From the NCBI GenBank assembly GCA_022763365.1, contig JALEGN010000017.1, positions 96 through 64,095 of the forward strand: a stretch of DNA of 64,000 bases, read 5' to 3'. A program made the position numbers and the translations under genes. Source of the DNA: Minisyncoccota bacterium. GTDB lineage: Bacteria > Patescibacteriota > Minisyncoccia > Phycocordibacterales > UBA1006. Below are positions 17,391 to 26,801 of the stretch, piece by piece (the stretch's first letter is position 1; the number at the start of each line of letters is the position of its first letter). The notes below the pieces were generated by a model. The model was given only the letters and a program-made list of their open reading frames with translations, made no database searches and had not been told where the DNA came from.

Positions 17391-19349
17391 ATGTTTACTA
17401 ACATCTTTTCACAATTTATATCGTGGATACAAAAACTCTTTAGGGTACAACCAGAAGGGTTGTATTTAAACCGCGATATTATTGGAACGGCACGTTTTGA
17501 AAACCAAGTCTATTTTTTCATGCGTCAAGGAAAAGATGTTTTTTTAATGAGTGATACACACCATCGTCATTATCACAGAAAAATTAAGTTCTCCAAAGAC
17601 GTATCTCGTTATACTAATTCGATGAGAGATCTGGATGCTTGTATATTACCAAATGGAGAATATGGATTGGTATGTACTATTACTTTTGGTTCTGGATATA
17701 GAACGCTCTACTTAACATCTGTTGATGGGGTGCATTTTGCTGCATGGTCAATGGTGAGGAGTCCTAATGGTTCACCAACAAAAATCATTGTGCATACTGA
17801 TGGTAATATTGCATTACTAACCTCTATTGATGGAGAAATTTGTTATCGAAAATTAGACCTCGAACACCGGGTTATTGAATATCATGATACCCATCTTAAA
17901 CCTCGTCATGATTCCTTTGACCATAGTCCACTTGCGGTTGTGGCTACTTTTACTATTAATGATGGTGTATTTGTGCTCTACGATACCTCATATCAATTAG
18001 ATGGTTGTGCAACGCATCGTTTTGGAGCAGCACTACTATCTCATGATAATCTTTCGCATACTCATTGGCGTGCTTTTTTCGACGAAGTGCCATTTTGGGA
18101 TTATTTTGCTGACGTAAAAAACCCGCTCCAGCGGCATAATATGTTTACTTTAGGTGGCTACCTTAACAAGGATATGATTAAGGTCTACTTCTACGATACT
18201 CAATCAAAAGATATTTATACTCTTGCTTTACATGAACCCTATTCACGACGTGATCCACATCCTGAAAAAGCTCTTCTTAAAAAATATGTAAACAATCCAA
18301 TTCTTAGACCTAACCCACATCACAGTTGGGAAAACCATACAACCTTTAACCCAACTGCTATTGTAATAGATAATATAACGCATCTTTTGTATCGCGCTGA
18401 AGGATCAGCTGGACTCTCAGTTATTGGATACGGAAAAAGTTATAATGGCGTTACTTTTGATAGATTAGCTGACCCTATTTACGTTCCACGTATGGATTTT
18501 GAAGGAGTGAACGTCGATCCGCGTATTACCAAACTCTTCTCGCGAGGAAGTTATAAGTCTGGATACAATCATTATGAATATCACTCACAACACTCATATG
18601 ATTGGCATGGCGTTGAGGATCCACGTATTACTGAAATAGAAGGGAGACTTTATATTATTTATGCGGCCTATAATGGCTATCAGCAAGCCAGACCAGCAAT
18701 TACTTCAATTACTAAAGAAGATTTTCTTAGTCAAAAATGGAACTGGTCGGTACCACAGCCTATGACTGATGTACCACAATATCATGGACAGGGAAATAAA
18801 AACGTTGTCTTACATCCTGAAAAAGTAAACGGAAAATATATGCTGTATCACCGGATGTGGCCACATATCCGAATTGACTATGTTGATGATTTAGAATTTG
18901 GGCCTAAGAAAAAATATCTTAAAGAACTTGACCGTATCGAAGCCCGCGGAGACTCATGGGATAGTCATAAAATTGCTGTTGCTGCCGCTCCAATAGCTAT
19001 TGATGAAGGATGGTTGTTAATTTACCAAGGAGCAGGATCAAATGATCGTCGGTATAAGGTAGGTGCAATGATTTTAGATAAAGATAATCCGTCTAAAGTG
19101 CTATACCGAAGTAATTATCCAATCATGATACCAAGTCAGTGGTATGAAAATGAACATAAGTTTGGGGTCGCCTATCCTTGCGGAGCAGTTGTACGTGACG
19201 GAATACTCAATGTTTATTATGGTGGATCAGATAAATATGTTTGCTTGGCTCAGGCGCCACTAGAGGAGTTTATAGAAAAACTCAAACAAGATCCTTACAT
19301 CAAACCAGAACTTATTAAGACTAAAAATATTAATGACCTATGTATATAA
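17391..19349 (+). CDS. GH130-like beta-propeller protein (mannoside phosphorylase family). The C-terminal domain is canonical and the N-terminal half is divergent.
   Basis: NNPILRPN, FNPTAIV, EDPRIT, GWLLIYQGAG and YYGGSD motifs. Confidence 0.6.
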   Translation: MFTNIFSQFISWIQKLFRVQPEGLYLNRDIIGTARFENQVYFFMRQGKDVFLMSDTHHRHYHRKIKFSKDVSRYTNSMRDLDACILPNGEYGLVCTITFGSGYRTLYLTSVDGVHFAAWSMVRSPNGSPTKIIVHTDGNIALLTSIDGEICYRKLDLEHRVIEYHDTHLKPRHDSFDHSPLAVVATFTINDGVFVLYDTSYQLDGCATHRFGAALLSHDNLSHTHWRAFFDEVPFWDYFADVKNPLQRHNMFTLGGYLNKDMIKVYFYDTQSKDIYTLALHEPYSRRDPHPEKALLKKYVNNPILRPNPHHSWENHTTFNPTAIVIDNITHLLYRAEGSAGLSVIGYGKSYNGVTFDRLADPIYVPRMDFEGVNVDPRITKLFSRGSYKSGYNHYEYHSQHSYDWHGVEDPRITEIEGRLYIIYAAYNGYQQARPAITSITKEDFLSQKWNWSVPQPMTDVPQYHGQGNKNVVLHPEKVNGKYMLYHRMWPHIRIDYVDDLEFGPKKKYLKELDRIEARGDSWDSHKIAVAAAPIAIDEGWLLIYQGAGSNDRRYKVGAMILDKDNPSKVLYRSNYPIMIPSQWYENEHKFGVAYPCGAVVRDGILNVYYGGSDKYVCLAQAPLEEFIEKLKQDPYIKPELIKTKNINDLCI

Positions 19350-21286
19350 CAAAACGATCAGATCATAATCCCTATATTAGACCAAACGAAGAAAAGCATT
19401 GGATGTCCTATGCTGCTTTTAACTGGTCACCGTGGCATGATACAGAATCTAATACGATTCATGCGTTGTTTCGTGCAATGACACAACCCGACCTGTTATC
19501 AAAAGGTCCCTCATTTTCTGTTTCATCTATTGGATATACAAATAGTAGTGACGAAGAGCATTTCATTAACTACCGGCAGTTTATTTATCCTGAGCATGAA
19601 TGGGAACGTTATGGGTGTGAAGATCCCCGAGTAACTAAAATAGGGGATACCTATTACATTTTCTACACAGCTCTCTCTACCTATCCATTTTCAGCTGAAG
19701 GTATTAAGGTGGCTGTTGCAACCACCAAAGATTTCAAAACGATCGACGAAAAGAAACTTGTTACGCCGTTTAATGCCAAGGCGATGACTTTGTTTCCAAA
19801 AAAAATTAATGGAAAATTTACAGCGCTCTTAACAGTTGATCCAGACAATCCACCGTCAAAAATTGCTTTTATTCAATTTGATACCGAAGAACAGATGTGG
19901 GATCAGGGTTATTGGCACGATTGGTACGCTAATATTGATGATCATATTTTTGATCCACGAAAAAAAGAAGATGATCATTGTGAGATTGGAGCTTCACCAG
20001 TTTGGACAGAACGAGGTTGGTTATTGGTCTATTCACATATTCAAAATTATTTTGAGGAAGATAATCGAATTTTTGGAATCGAAGCATTATTACTTGATCA
20101 TAATGATCCTAAAAAAATTATTGGGCGAACAACCGGTCCAATGCTAGTACCTGAGAAAACCTATGAAAAAGAAGGGCAGATCAAAAATATTGCCTTTCCA
20201 TCAGGAGCCCTTATTCATGATGATCGATTAGATATTTACTATGGTGGTGCTGATTCGGTGTGTTGTATGGCGACGGTGAACTTGGAACATCTTTTAGACT
20301 CGATGAACCCTGAAAAACGTAAAGAACATGTTGTTCGTTACGATAATAATCCTATTCTTTTACCAATTCCAGAAAATGAATGGGAGGCAAAATTGGTCTT
20401 TAATCCAACAACAATTGATATTGGAGAGAAAACCTATATTGTCTATCGAGCGATGTCAGAAGATAATACGTCATATATGGGAGCAGCATTAACGACCGAT
20501 GGTTACACTATTGACGAACGATTCCCTGAACCGATTTATGTTCCACGGATGGATTTTGAAATGAAGAAAACACATCCAACAGGGAACTCAGGCTGTGAAG
20601 ATGGGCGAGCCACCATTATTGGTGATACGATTTACATGTTCTATACCGCCTATAATGGTATCGAGGTGCCAAAGGTGGCATACAGTTCAATTTCAATCGA
20701 AGATTTTGAGAATAAAAATTGGGATGCATGGTCAACGCCACAACTTGTCACACCTGACACGGTAGATGATAAAGATGCCTGTTTACTGACAGAAAAAATT
20801 AAAGGGGAGTATGCTGTGTTCCACCGGGTCGCACATCATATTTGTTTTGATACGGTGCCGTCACTTGATTTCTCAGAATCACGTATTGATAAATGTATTC
20901 CGTTGATTGGTCCACGCTCGGGTATGTGGGATGGATTAAAGGTAGGTATTGCCGGTCCACCAATTAAAACTGACGCTGGATGGCTTCTTTTATACCACGG
21001 AGTTTCAACTGATAAATATTATCGAGTTGGAGCCATGCTTATGGAGTTGGATAATCCTGGAAATATCATTGGACGGACATCAGATTTCATCCTTGAACCT
21101 GAAGAACAATGGGAACTCGAAGGTGAGATTAATCGCGTGGTATTTCCATGTGGTGCTTCAGTGCGAGGAGATGATTTATTAATTTACTATGGAGGAGCTG
21201 ACACGGTTGTTGGGGTTGCAACCACAAAACTCTCATGGCTCCTTAAAACATTGACTTGGCAGCGAGATTCAGATGATTGGTCATAA
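19340..21286 (+). CDS. Tandem double-domain GH130-like protein (two mannoside-phosphorylase-like beta-propellers).
   Basis: Two copies of NPxL … FNP … EDPR … GWLL(V/L)Y … YYGGAD. It overlaps the upstream gene by 10 nt. Confidence 0.65.
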   Translation: MYITKRSDHNPYIRPNEEKHWMSYAAFNWSPWHDTESNTIHALFRAMTQPDLLSKGPSFSVSSIGYTNSSDEEHFINYRQFIYPEHEWERYGCEDPRVTKIGDTYYIFYTALSTYPFSAEGIKVAVATTKDFKTIDEKKLVTPFNAKAMTLFPKKINGKFTALLTVDPDNPPSKIAFIQFDTEEQMWDQGYWHDWYANIDDHIFDPRKKEDDHCEIGASPVWTERGWLLVYSHIQNYFEEDNRIFGIEALLLDHNDPKKIIGRTTGPMLVPEKTYEKEGQIKNIAFPSGALIHDDRLDIYYGGADSVCCMATVNLEHLLDSMNPEKRKEHVVRYDNNPILLPIPENEWEAKLVFNPTTIDIGEKTYIVYRAMSEDNTSYMGAALTTDGYTIDERFPEPIYVPRMDFEMKKTHPTGNSGCEDGRATIIGDTIYMFYTAYNGIEVPKVAYSSISIEDFENKNWDAWSTPQLVTPDTVDDKDACLLTEKIKGEYAVFHRVAHHICFDTVPSLDFSESRIDKCIPLIGPRSGMWDGLKVGIAGPPIKTDAGWLLLYHGVSTDKYYRVGAMLMELDNPGNIIGRTSDFILEPEEQWELEGEINRVVFPCGASVRGDDLLIYYGGADTVVGVATTKLSWLLKTLTWQRDSDDWS

Positions 21287-21287
21287 A

Positions 21288-21314
21288 TAAAAAAGAGCTA
21301 TAGGCTCTTTTGTT
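21288..21314. terminator. Bidirectional intrinsic terminator.
   Basis: aaaaaagagctataggctcttttgtttt. Confidence 0.7.
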
Positions 21315-21851
21315 TTACATAAAATCTTCTTTAATTTTTAGGGTATGAATGCATCCCAAGGGAATTTCAACGTGGAAATATTCACCTATTTCTTGCGCAC
21401 CGAATTCTGAAATCAAATGAGAATAACGAGAGTGCTGACAGGCACGTTCATCAAAAGTCAAAACAATACCACTCAATTCTTCTCGCTCTTCTTCATTAAC
21501 ATAGTATCTTCTGATAACACTACCGATAGAAACAAAGTTTGCATCAAGGGTATAGTTTTCTTTTTTAAGAAAGCTTGCTTCACTGACTTTACCAATTTCG
21601 GTAATGTGTTGAAGAATATCAATAAAGATTTCAATTTCTTCAATATCATGTACATCAATGATACTGAGAACCTTATGAATGTATTTGATATTACTTTCGT
21701 ATTCACTCATCTCGCCTTTATATGTTTCTTGATAAGGCTCAATCGCAGCTAAGAATTTTTTACCATTGTTATTACCACTGATACTGCGGCAGGGTATGTC
21801 ATTTTCTATTAATGATACAGCTACCGTATCCGGATCAATAATCTTTTTCAT
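21315..21851 (-). CDS. Hypothetical protein.
   Basis: ORF only. Confidence 0.3.
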   Translation of the reverse strand: MKKIIDPDTVAVSLIENDIPCRSISGNNNGKKFLAAIEPYQETYKGEMSEYESNIKYIHKVLSIIDVHDIEEIEIFIDILQHITEIGKVSEASFLKKENYTLDANFVSIGSVIRRYYVNEEEREELSGIVLTFDERACQHSRYSHLISEFGAQEIGEYFHVEIPLGCIHTLKIKEDFM

Positions 21852-21937
21852 ATAATGTTGTTTATTTAAAATAAATTTTAATAATTTAATTAAATATAGT
21901 CAAATATTGAATGTAAAAGCTATGGTATCCTTAAATC

Positions 21938-22255
21938 ATGGATAAAACTTTTAGTGAACGTGTTATAGATGCAGCTCTTGCTATTCCATCAGGAAAGGTT
22001 GCGACCTACGGCGATATTGCCCGTGTTTGTGGAGGTAGTGGCCAAGCCGCTCGTAGTATCTCTGGTATTTTAGCTCGAGCTGAGAGAAACGGAGTAAAAA
22101 ATATTCCATGGCATAGAATTGTATATAGTGGTGGTAAGGTTTGGTTCCATCACGATTATAATAAGGAAAGGATGAAACTTTATAAACAAGAGGGAATAGA
22201 GGTGAACGAAAAAGGATACATTGAAAACTTTGTTAATGCACGGTATACATTTTAA
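21938..22255 (+). CDS. MGMT-family protein: the DNA-binding domain of methylated-DNA-protein-cysteine methyltransferase, standalone and YbaZ-like.
   Basis: ATYGDIARVCGGSGQAARSISGIL … IPWHRIV. Confidence 0.6.
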   Translation: MDKTFSERVIDAALAIPSGKVATYGDIARVCGGSGQAARSISGILARAERNGVKNIPWHRIVYSGGKVWFHHDYNKERMKLYKQEGIEVNEKGYIENFVNARYTF

Positions 22256-22266
22256 AAAACACCTTC

Positions 22267-22488
22267 TCAGGTGTTTTTTGTTTTTCTTACTTCAGAGTGT
22301 GATTTGAGAACGTGGTCTCCGTCTTCTTGTTGTATGTAATAGGCTGGTTCATTACCATCTGCTTCGTGAGTTACTTTATTCCCTTGAATGGTTTTTGTAA
22401 CTTTTTCCTTGTGGGCTTCTTTAATATTTCCTGATGCGGTCCCCTTACCCCAATCCCAATAAACAGTAGTATCTTTTGAATAATTCAT
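22267..22488 (-). CDS. DUF2945 / HVA1-like small protein.
   Basis: YWDWGKGTASGNIKE pattern. Confidence 0.4.
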   Translation of the reverse strand: MNYSKDTTVYWDWGKGTASGNIKEAHKEKVTKTIQGNKVTHEADGNEPAYYIQQEDGDHVLKSHSEVRKTKNT

Positions 22489-22491
22489 ATT

Positions 22492-22695
22492 TTAATTAGT
22501 ACCTGATTCAGGATTAAGTGACTCAGGAACATTTACATTAAGTTCAATTGATCCTGTATCTTGCTCCACATTGTTGTAATAGTACCAAGTCCCTCCAGCA
22601 ATAATAAGGAGAAGGAGGATTGCAACAAACCATCCGGCAGCACCACCTGATGATTCTTTTACAATAGTTGTATGATTTTTACTTTCTTCTGACAT
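22492..22695 (-). CDS. Small membrane protein.
   Basis: Single TM segment (WFVAILLLLIIAGG). Confidence 0.35.
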   Translation of the reverse strand: MSEESKNHTTIVKESSGGAAGWFVAILLLLIIAGGTWYYYNNVEQDTGSIELNVNVPESLNPESGTN

Positions 22696-22864
22696 ATATA
22701 GTTTTAATAATTAGTTTCTTTTAATAATTTTATTATATACTTATTAACTATAAATTACAAATTGATTTAATTGTACATTTAGTATAATTATGATAGAATA
22801 GAAGTGGTTAGATAATCACGCGCATGATTGTTTAAATTTTATTCGATTAATTTTAAATATTATT

Positions 22865-23011
22865 ATGTTACAGTACGCAATTTACTTTATAATCGCCGCT
22901 CTTATTTTTGGAATTTTTGGATTTACAAAAATTGCTGGTGGTTTTGCCTATATTGCAAAAATCTTATTTGCGATTTTCATTATCCTATTCCTTGTTTCTC
23001 TTATTTTTTAA
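22865..23011 (+). CDS. DUF1328 / UPF0391-family small membrane protein (48 aa).
   Basis: Hand translation gives MLQYAIYFIIAALIFGIFGFTKIAGGFAYIAKILFAIFIILFLVSLIF. The track ORF at 22828 is in a different frame. Confidence 0.55.
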   Translation: MLQYAIYFIIAALIFGIFGFTKIAGGFAYIAKILFAIFIILFLVSLIF

Positions 23012-23047
23012 TTAAAAATAATTATTCGAAATAATAGAAATATAAAA

Positions 23048-23542
23048 ATGTTTACTCAATCAAAACAAAAATTTAATAATAATACACTCTGTGTTGTATC
23101 ATCAACACATGAAGGGAAATTATTTCACCTTGATAAAAATACATCCCAATTTGTAGATGATATATCAGTTGAATTATTGCCGTATCCCGAAAAACACGGA
23201 CAACTATCAAAAACATCACCTTCAGGAAATCTTCAGAAGACAGGAATGGTGTACGAACGTGATAATGAAGAAGAAATTGCTGAATACATTACCTTAGTAT
23301 CTGAAAAAATCCAAGATTTTGTTAAAAACAATGATGAAGATATTTATCATTTAATTATTATGGCACCAGCATCTATACATAAAAACTTCCAATCAAAAAT
23401 TCTAGATACTTTACATAATATTCACCTAAAAGATATTTATCTAATTGACGGTAATTATTTGAAAATTCCTTTTGATGAAACACTTTCAATTTTAGATGGT
23501 AAGGACTTTGAACAGAATCTTATCGCATCAGAGATAAAATAG
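23048..23542 (+). CDS. Hypothetical protein.
   Basis: ORF only. Confidence 0.3.
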   Translation: MFTQSKQKFNNNTLCVVSSTHEGKLFHLDKNTSQFVDDISVELLPYPEKHGQLSKTSPSGNLQKTGMVYERDNEEEIAEYITLVSEKIQDFVKNNDEDIYHLIIMAPASIHKNFQSKILDTLHNIHLKDIYLIDGNYLKIPFDETLSILDGKDFEQNLIASEIK

Positions 23543-23579
23543 ATTAATCATTATTATTAGCCCTAATTACACAAAAATT

Positions 23580-23834
23580 ATGAAACATACAGATATTCAC
23601 AATGATCCTCAAGAACATATTGATAACGCTAAAAAAGAATTAGAACTAGCAAAAGAGGAACAACAAGAACAGCTTGAAAAAAATATCGAAGATAAAAAAC
23701 AAGATATTAAAAATACCATTGAAGAAAAGAAAGAGGAAACAAAAGAAAAGGTAGAAGATGTGGTCGAATCAACTAAAGAAAAAGTTGATTCAGTGCGACA
23801 GAACATTGCTGATGCTATTGACCCTAATAACTAA
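23580..23834 (+). CDS. Small K/E-rich charged protein, LEA/general-stress-like.
   Basis: Composition only. Confidence 0.3.
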   Translation: MKHTDIHNDPQEHIDNAKKELELAKEEQQEQLEKNIEDKKQDIKNTIEEKKEETKEKVEDVVESTKEKVDSVRQNIADAIDPNN

Positions 23835-23856
23835 TATTTACTATAATTAATATACT

Positions 23857-24648
23857 ATGAATACATATAACTTAAATAATCAAAAAGGAATTGGTGTTGT
23901 AGCCGCAATCGTTATTATTGCCATTATTGGTGTAGGAGGATATGCAGCATACAATGCGACCGTTAATAATCGAACTTCAGTAGATGTTGATGAATCAGCT
24001 GTTATAACGACAACTGAGGCAGAAGCTGATGCTATGATCGAATCAGTAAACGAACTTGAGGCAGATGTTACAGCTGCTCTATCAAGTGTTCGAGCTAATT
24101 TATCATTACGAACTCAAGCTGGAATTAATGCAGCAGTAGAAACCTTAAATGACTTAGAAGCTCAGATTGAATCAGAATCAGCCCAAGTATCAGCTGAAGT
24201 TAAAGCTGAACTGGATCGATTTCGGCGTCGCGTGACTTCAGCTCGAGCAAAGGCAGAAGCTAATATTAGCGCTCAATCAGATGCTACAGCAGCAGAAGTA
24301 GAGGCTGAAGTTGAAGCTATTGTAAATGATATTGAAGAAGTATTTGCAGATATTGAAGCAGATATCGAAGCAATGGTAGAATCTGATAACGACGTAGAGA
24401 CAGAATCTGAAGCTAATAATGAAGGAGTATTCGATGTGAATGTCGACTCAGGAGTTATTATTCTTGGTGATACTGATGATTCAGGTGACAATATGAACGA
24501 AGATTCTATGAATGACTCATCAAATGATGAAGATACTAGCTCCGCTGAAACCTCAGCTGAAGTTAATTCAGAAAGCTCTATGGAAATGAACGACGATGTT
24601 TCTGTTGATTCAGAAACCTCGGCAAATGCAGAATTAGATCTTTACTAA
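23857..24648 (+). CDS. Membrane-anchored protein with an acidic Ala/Glu/Asp-rich low-complexity region.
   Basis: N-terminal TM segment (IGVVAAIVIIAIIGVGGYAAY) and an acidic tail. A terminator follows at 24657–24682. Confidence 0.4.
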   Translation: MNTYNLNNQKGIGVVAAIVIIAIIGVGGYAAYNATVNNRTSVDVDESAVITTTEAEADAMIESVNELEADVTAALSSVRANLSLRTQAGINAAVETLNDLEAQIESESAQVSAEVKAELDRFRRRVTSARAKAEANISAQSDATAAEVEAEVEAIVNDIEEVFADIEADIEAMVESDNDVETESEANNEGVFDVNVDSGVIILGDTDDSGDNMNEDSMNDSSNDEDTSSAETSAEVNSESSMEMNDDVSVDSETSANAELDLY

Positions 24649-24677
24649 AATAATTTAAAAGCCCAAACAATGGGCTT

Positions 24678-26027
24678 TTGTTATACTTAATATATATGAC
24701 AACCAAACAACAAGTAAATATTTTTTGGTTTAGACGCGACCTGCGCCTTGATGATAATCATGGTTTATATAAAGCACTTAAAGATGGGCTTCCAGTGATC
24801 CCAGTCTTTATTTTTGATAAAGATATTTTAGATGAACTGCCTGAGGATGACCACCGCGTTAGCTTTATCTACGATAGACTCCAAGAGATGAGAAATGAAC
24901 TTCAAGAAAAATGGGATAGCTCTATAGATTTTAGGTATGGTACACCTGAAAAAATCTGGAAGGAACTCCTTAGTGACTATGATGTAAAATCAGTATTTAC
25001 CAATCACGATTATGAGCCTTATGCAAAAAAACGTGATAAGGAAATTAAAGAACTTCTTGAAAAAGAAGATATTGAATTTTATACTTTTAAAGACCAGGTG
25101 ATTTTTGAAAAAGATGAAGTAGTAAAAGACGATGGTGGCCCTTATGTTGTTTATACACCGTACAAAAATAAATGGCGTGAGAAATTTAATTCTGAACGTG
25201 ATCTTAAAACCTATGACGTAGGTCGTTATGGTCAGAATTTTTACCAAAATACGCGACTACCACAGATTAGCCTTTCTGATATGGGATTTACTCGATCAGA
25301 TATTAAGGCGCCATCATATACTCTTACCGATAATCTTATGGGTGATTACGCTGACACGCGTGATTTTCCTGCCGAAGAAGGTACCTCAAAACTAAGCACT
25401 TACTTACGTTTTGGGCTAGTCAGTGTTCGAAAAATTATGAAACAAGCTTATGAAGGTCCAGGTTATACTTTTATGAACGAGCTTGTTTGGCGTGAATTTT
25501 TCATGCAAATCCTTTGGCATTTTCCGTATACGAAAGACCAAGCTTTTAGAGAAAAATACGATGCTATAGCCTGGCGAAACAATGAGGAAGAGTTTGAAAA
25601 ATGGAAAGAAGGGAAGACGGGTTATCCAATTGTGGATGCAGGCATGCGCGAACTTAACGAAACAGGATATATGCACAATCGCGTTCGTATGATTGTAGCG
25701 AGTTTCCTTACCAAACACCTTCTTATTGACTGGCGTTGGGGAGAACGCTATTTTGCAGAAAAACTCTTCGATTATGAAATGGCATCAAACGTAGGGAACT
25801 GGCAATGGACTGCAGGTTCTGGTGTTGATGCGCAGCCATATTTTAGAGTTTTCAATCCACATACTCAGTTTGAGAAGTTCGATAAAAATCAAGAATACGT
25901 CCGCAAGTGGGTTCCGGAGTATTTCGGCGTTGGCTATGTTTCTGAGATGGTAGATCATAAAGAGGCACGCGAGCGTGCCATCGAAACCTATAAACATTCA
26001 CTCAATGAATATGAAAAAAACAATTAA
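24678..26027 (+). CDS. phr: Deoxyribodipyrimidine photolyase (class I CPD photolyase / cryptochrome family).
   Basis: FWFRRDLRLDDN N-terminal motif and FAD-binding WQWTAGSGVDAQPYFRVFNP. The true start is probably the internal MTTKQQ near 24696. Confidence 0.8.
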   Translation: MLYLIYMTTKQQVNIFWFRRDLRLDDNHGLYKALKDGLPVIPVFIFDKDILDELPEDDHRVSFIYDRLQEMRNELQEKWDSSIDFRYGTPEKIWKELLSDYDVKSVFTNHDYEPYAKKRDKEIKELLEKEDIEFYTFKDQVIFEKDEVVKDDGGPYVVYTPYKNKWREKFNSERDLKTYDVGRYGQNFYQNTRLPQISLSDMGFTRSDIKAPSYTLTDNLMGDYADTRDFPAEEGTSKLSTYLRFGLVSVRKIMKQAYEGPGYTFMNELVWREFFMQILWHFPYTKDQAFREKYDAIAWRNNEEEFEKWKEGKTGYPIVDAGMRELNETGYMHNRVRMIVASFLTKHLLIDWRWGERYFAEKLFDYEMASNVGNWQWTAGSGVDAQPYFRVFNPHTQFEKFDKNQEYVRKWVPEYFGVGYVSEMVDHKEARERAIETYKHSLNEYEKNN

Positions 26028-26625
26028 TATCACCAAAAAAATTTTCCTCTTTGGTGTGGCTGGGATTATCTTATGGAATGCTGTCGTTATTGTCATTTCA
26101 GAAATATATACACTCAGGAAAAATCAAAATATAAATACCGCACTTGTTTTAGGTGCTGGTGTTTTAGATGACGGCTCAATGTCACCCTATTTAGAAGATC
26201 GCGTAAATGCAGCTATAGCACTCTACGATAATGAACAAATCGAAAATATTTTAGTTTCAGGTGATAATTCACGTAATACCTATAATGAGGTAGAGCCTGT
26301 CAAAGACTATTTACTTCGACAAGGGGTATTTTCAGGTGATATTTACCTTGATCATGCTGGGTTCGATACCTATGATAGCCTTTATCGAGCTAAACATATT
26401 TTTGGACAAGAGGAAATTGTCATTATTTCACAAGATTACCATATACCTCGTGCAGTGATGATTGGACGCATGCTTGGCATCAAAACCTATGGATATCCAT
26501 CAGAGGAATATAATGGAACGATTAAATATCGTATTCGTGAAATCGCAGCTCGCGTCAAAATTATTTATGATTTTATATTTCTTAATGATCCGGAATTTAG
26601 AGGTGAGAAAATAGAGATAGAATAA
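25975..26625 (+). CDS. SanA/YdcF (DUF218) family membrane protein.
   Basis: ALVLGAGVLDDGSMSPYLEDRVNAAIALY … DHAGFDTYDS. The true start is probably the internal MNMKK near 26005. Confidence 0.55.
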   Translation: MPSKPINIHSMNMKKTINITKKIFLFGVAGIILWNAVVIVISEIYTLRKNQNINTALVLGAGVLDDGSMSPYLEDRVNAAIALYDNEQIENILVSGDNSRNTYNEVEPVKDYLLRQGVFSGDIYLDHAGFDTYDSLYRAKHIFGQEEIVIISQDYHIPRAVMIGRMLGIKTYGYPSEEYNGTIKYRIREIAARVKIIYDFIFLNDPEFRGEKIEIE

Positions 26626-26632
26626 AAACCTC

Positions 26633-26797
26633 TTAAGAGGTTTTTTGTTTACGGCATTTTTCTGAACAGTATTTTATGTCGTCCCAGATACCACGCGATG
26701 ACCATCTTTTACGATTATAAAAAATACGATTACATGTAGGACATATCTTTGATTCTTTAGTATGGGCTATAATATTTTTCTTCCGTTTATCAGGCAT
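26633..26797 (-). CDS. DUF2256-family small zinc-ribbon protein (54 aa). It is absent from the ORF track.
   Basis: Hand translation gives MPDKRKKNIIAHTKESKICPTCNRIFYNRKRWSSRGIWDDIKYCSEKCRKQKTS, with the CxxC…YCSxxCR pattern. Confidence 0.55.
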   Translation of the reverse strand: MPDKRKKNIIAHTKESKICPTCNRIFYNRKRWSSRGIWDDIKYCSEKCRKQKTS

Positions 26798-26801
26798 GAT
26801 T

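Noticed and set aside
19836-21182. Internal plus-strand ORFs inside the second GH130-like gene (19836–20147 and 20949–21182), and a similar one at 1306–1503 inside the first ORF.
   Set aside because: They are alternative-frame ORFs nested within well-supported longer genes.
22828-23034. Track ORF of 68 aa (MFKFYSINFKYYYVTVRNLLY…).
   Set aside because: It has W, C and Y-rich nonsense composition in AT-rich DNA. The alternative frame at 22865–23011 encodes a credible DUF1328 membrane protein.
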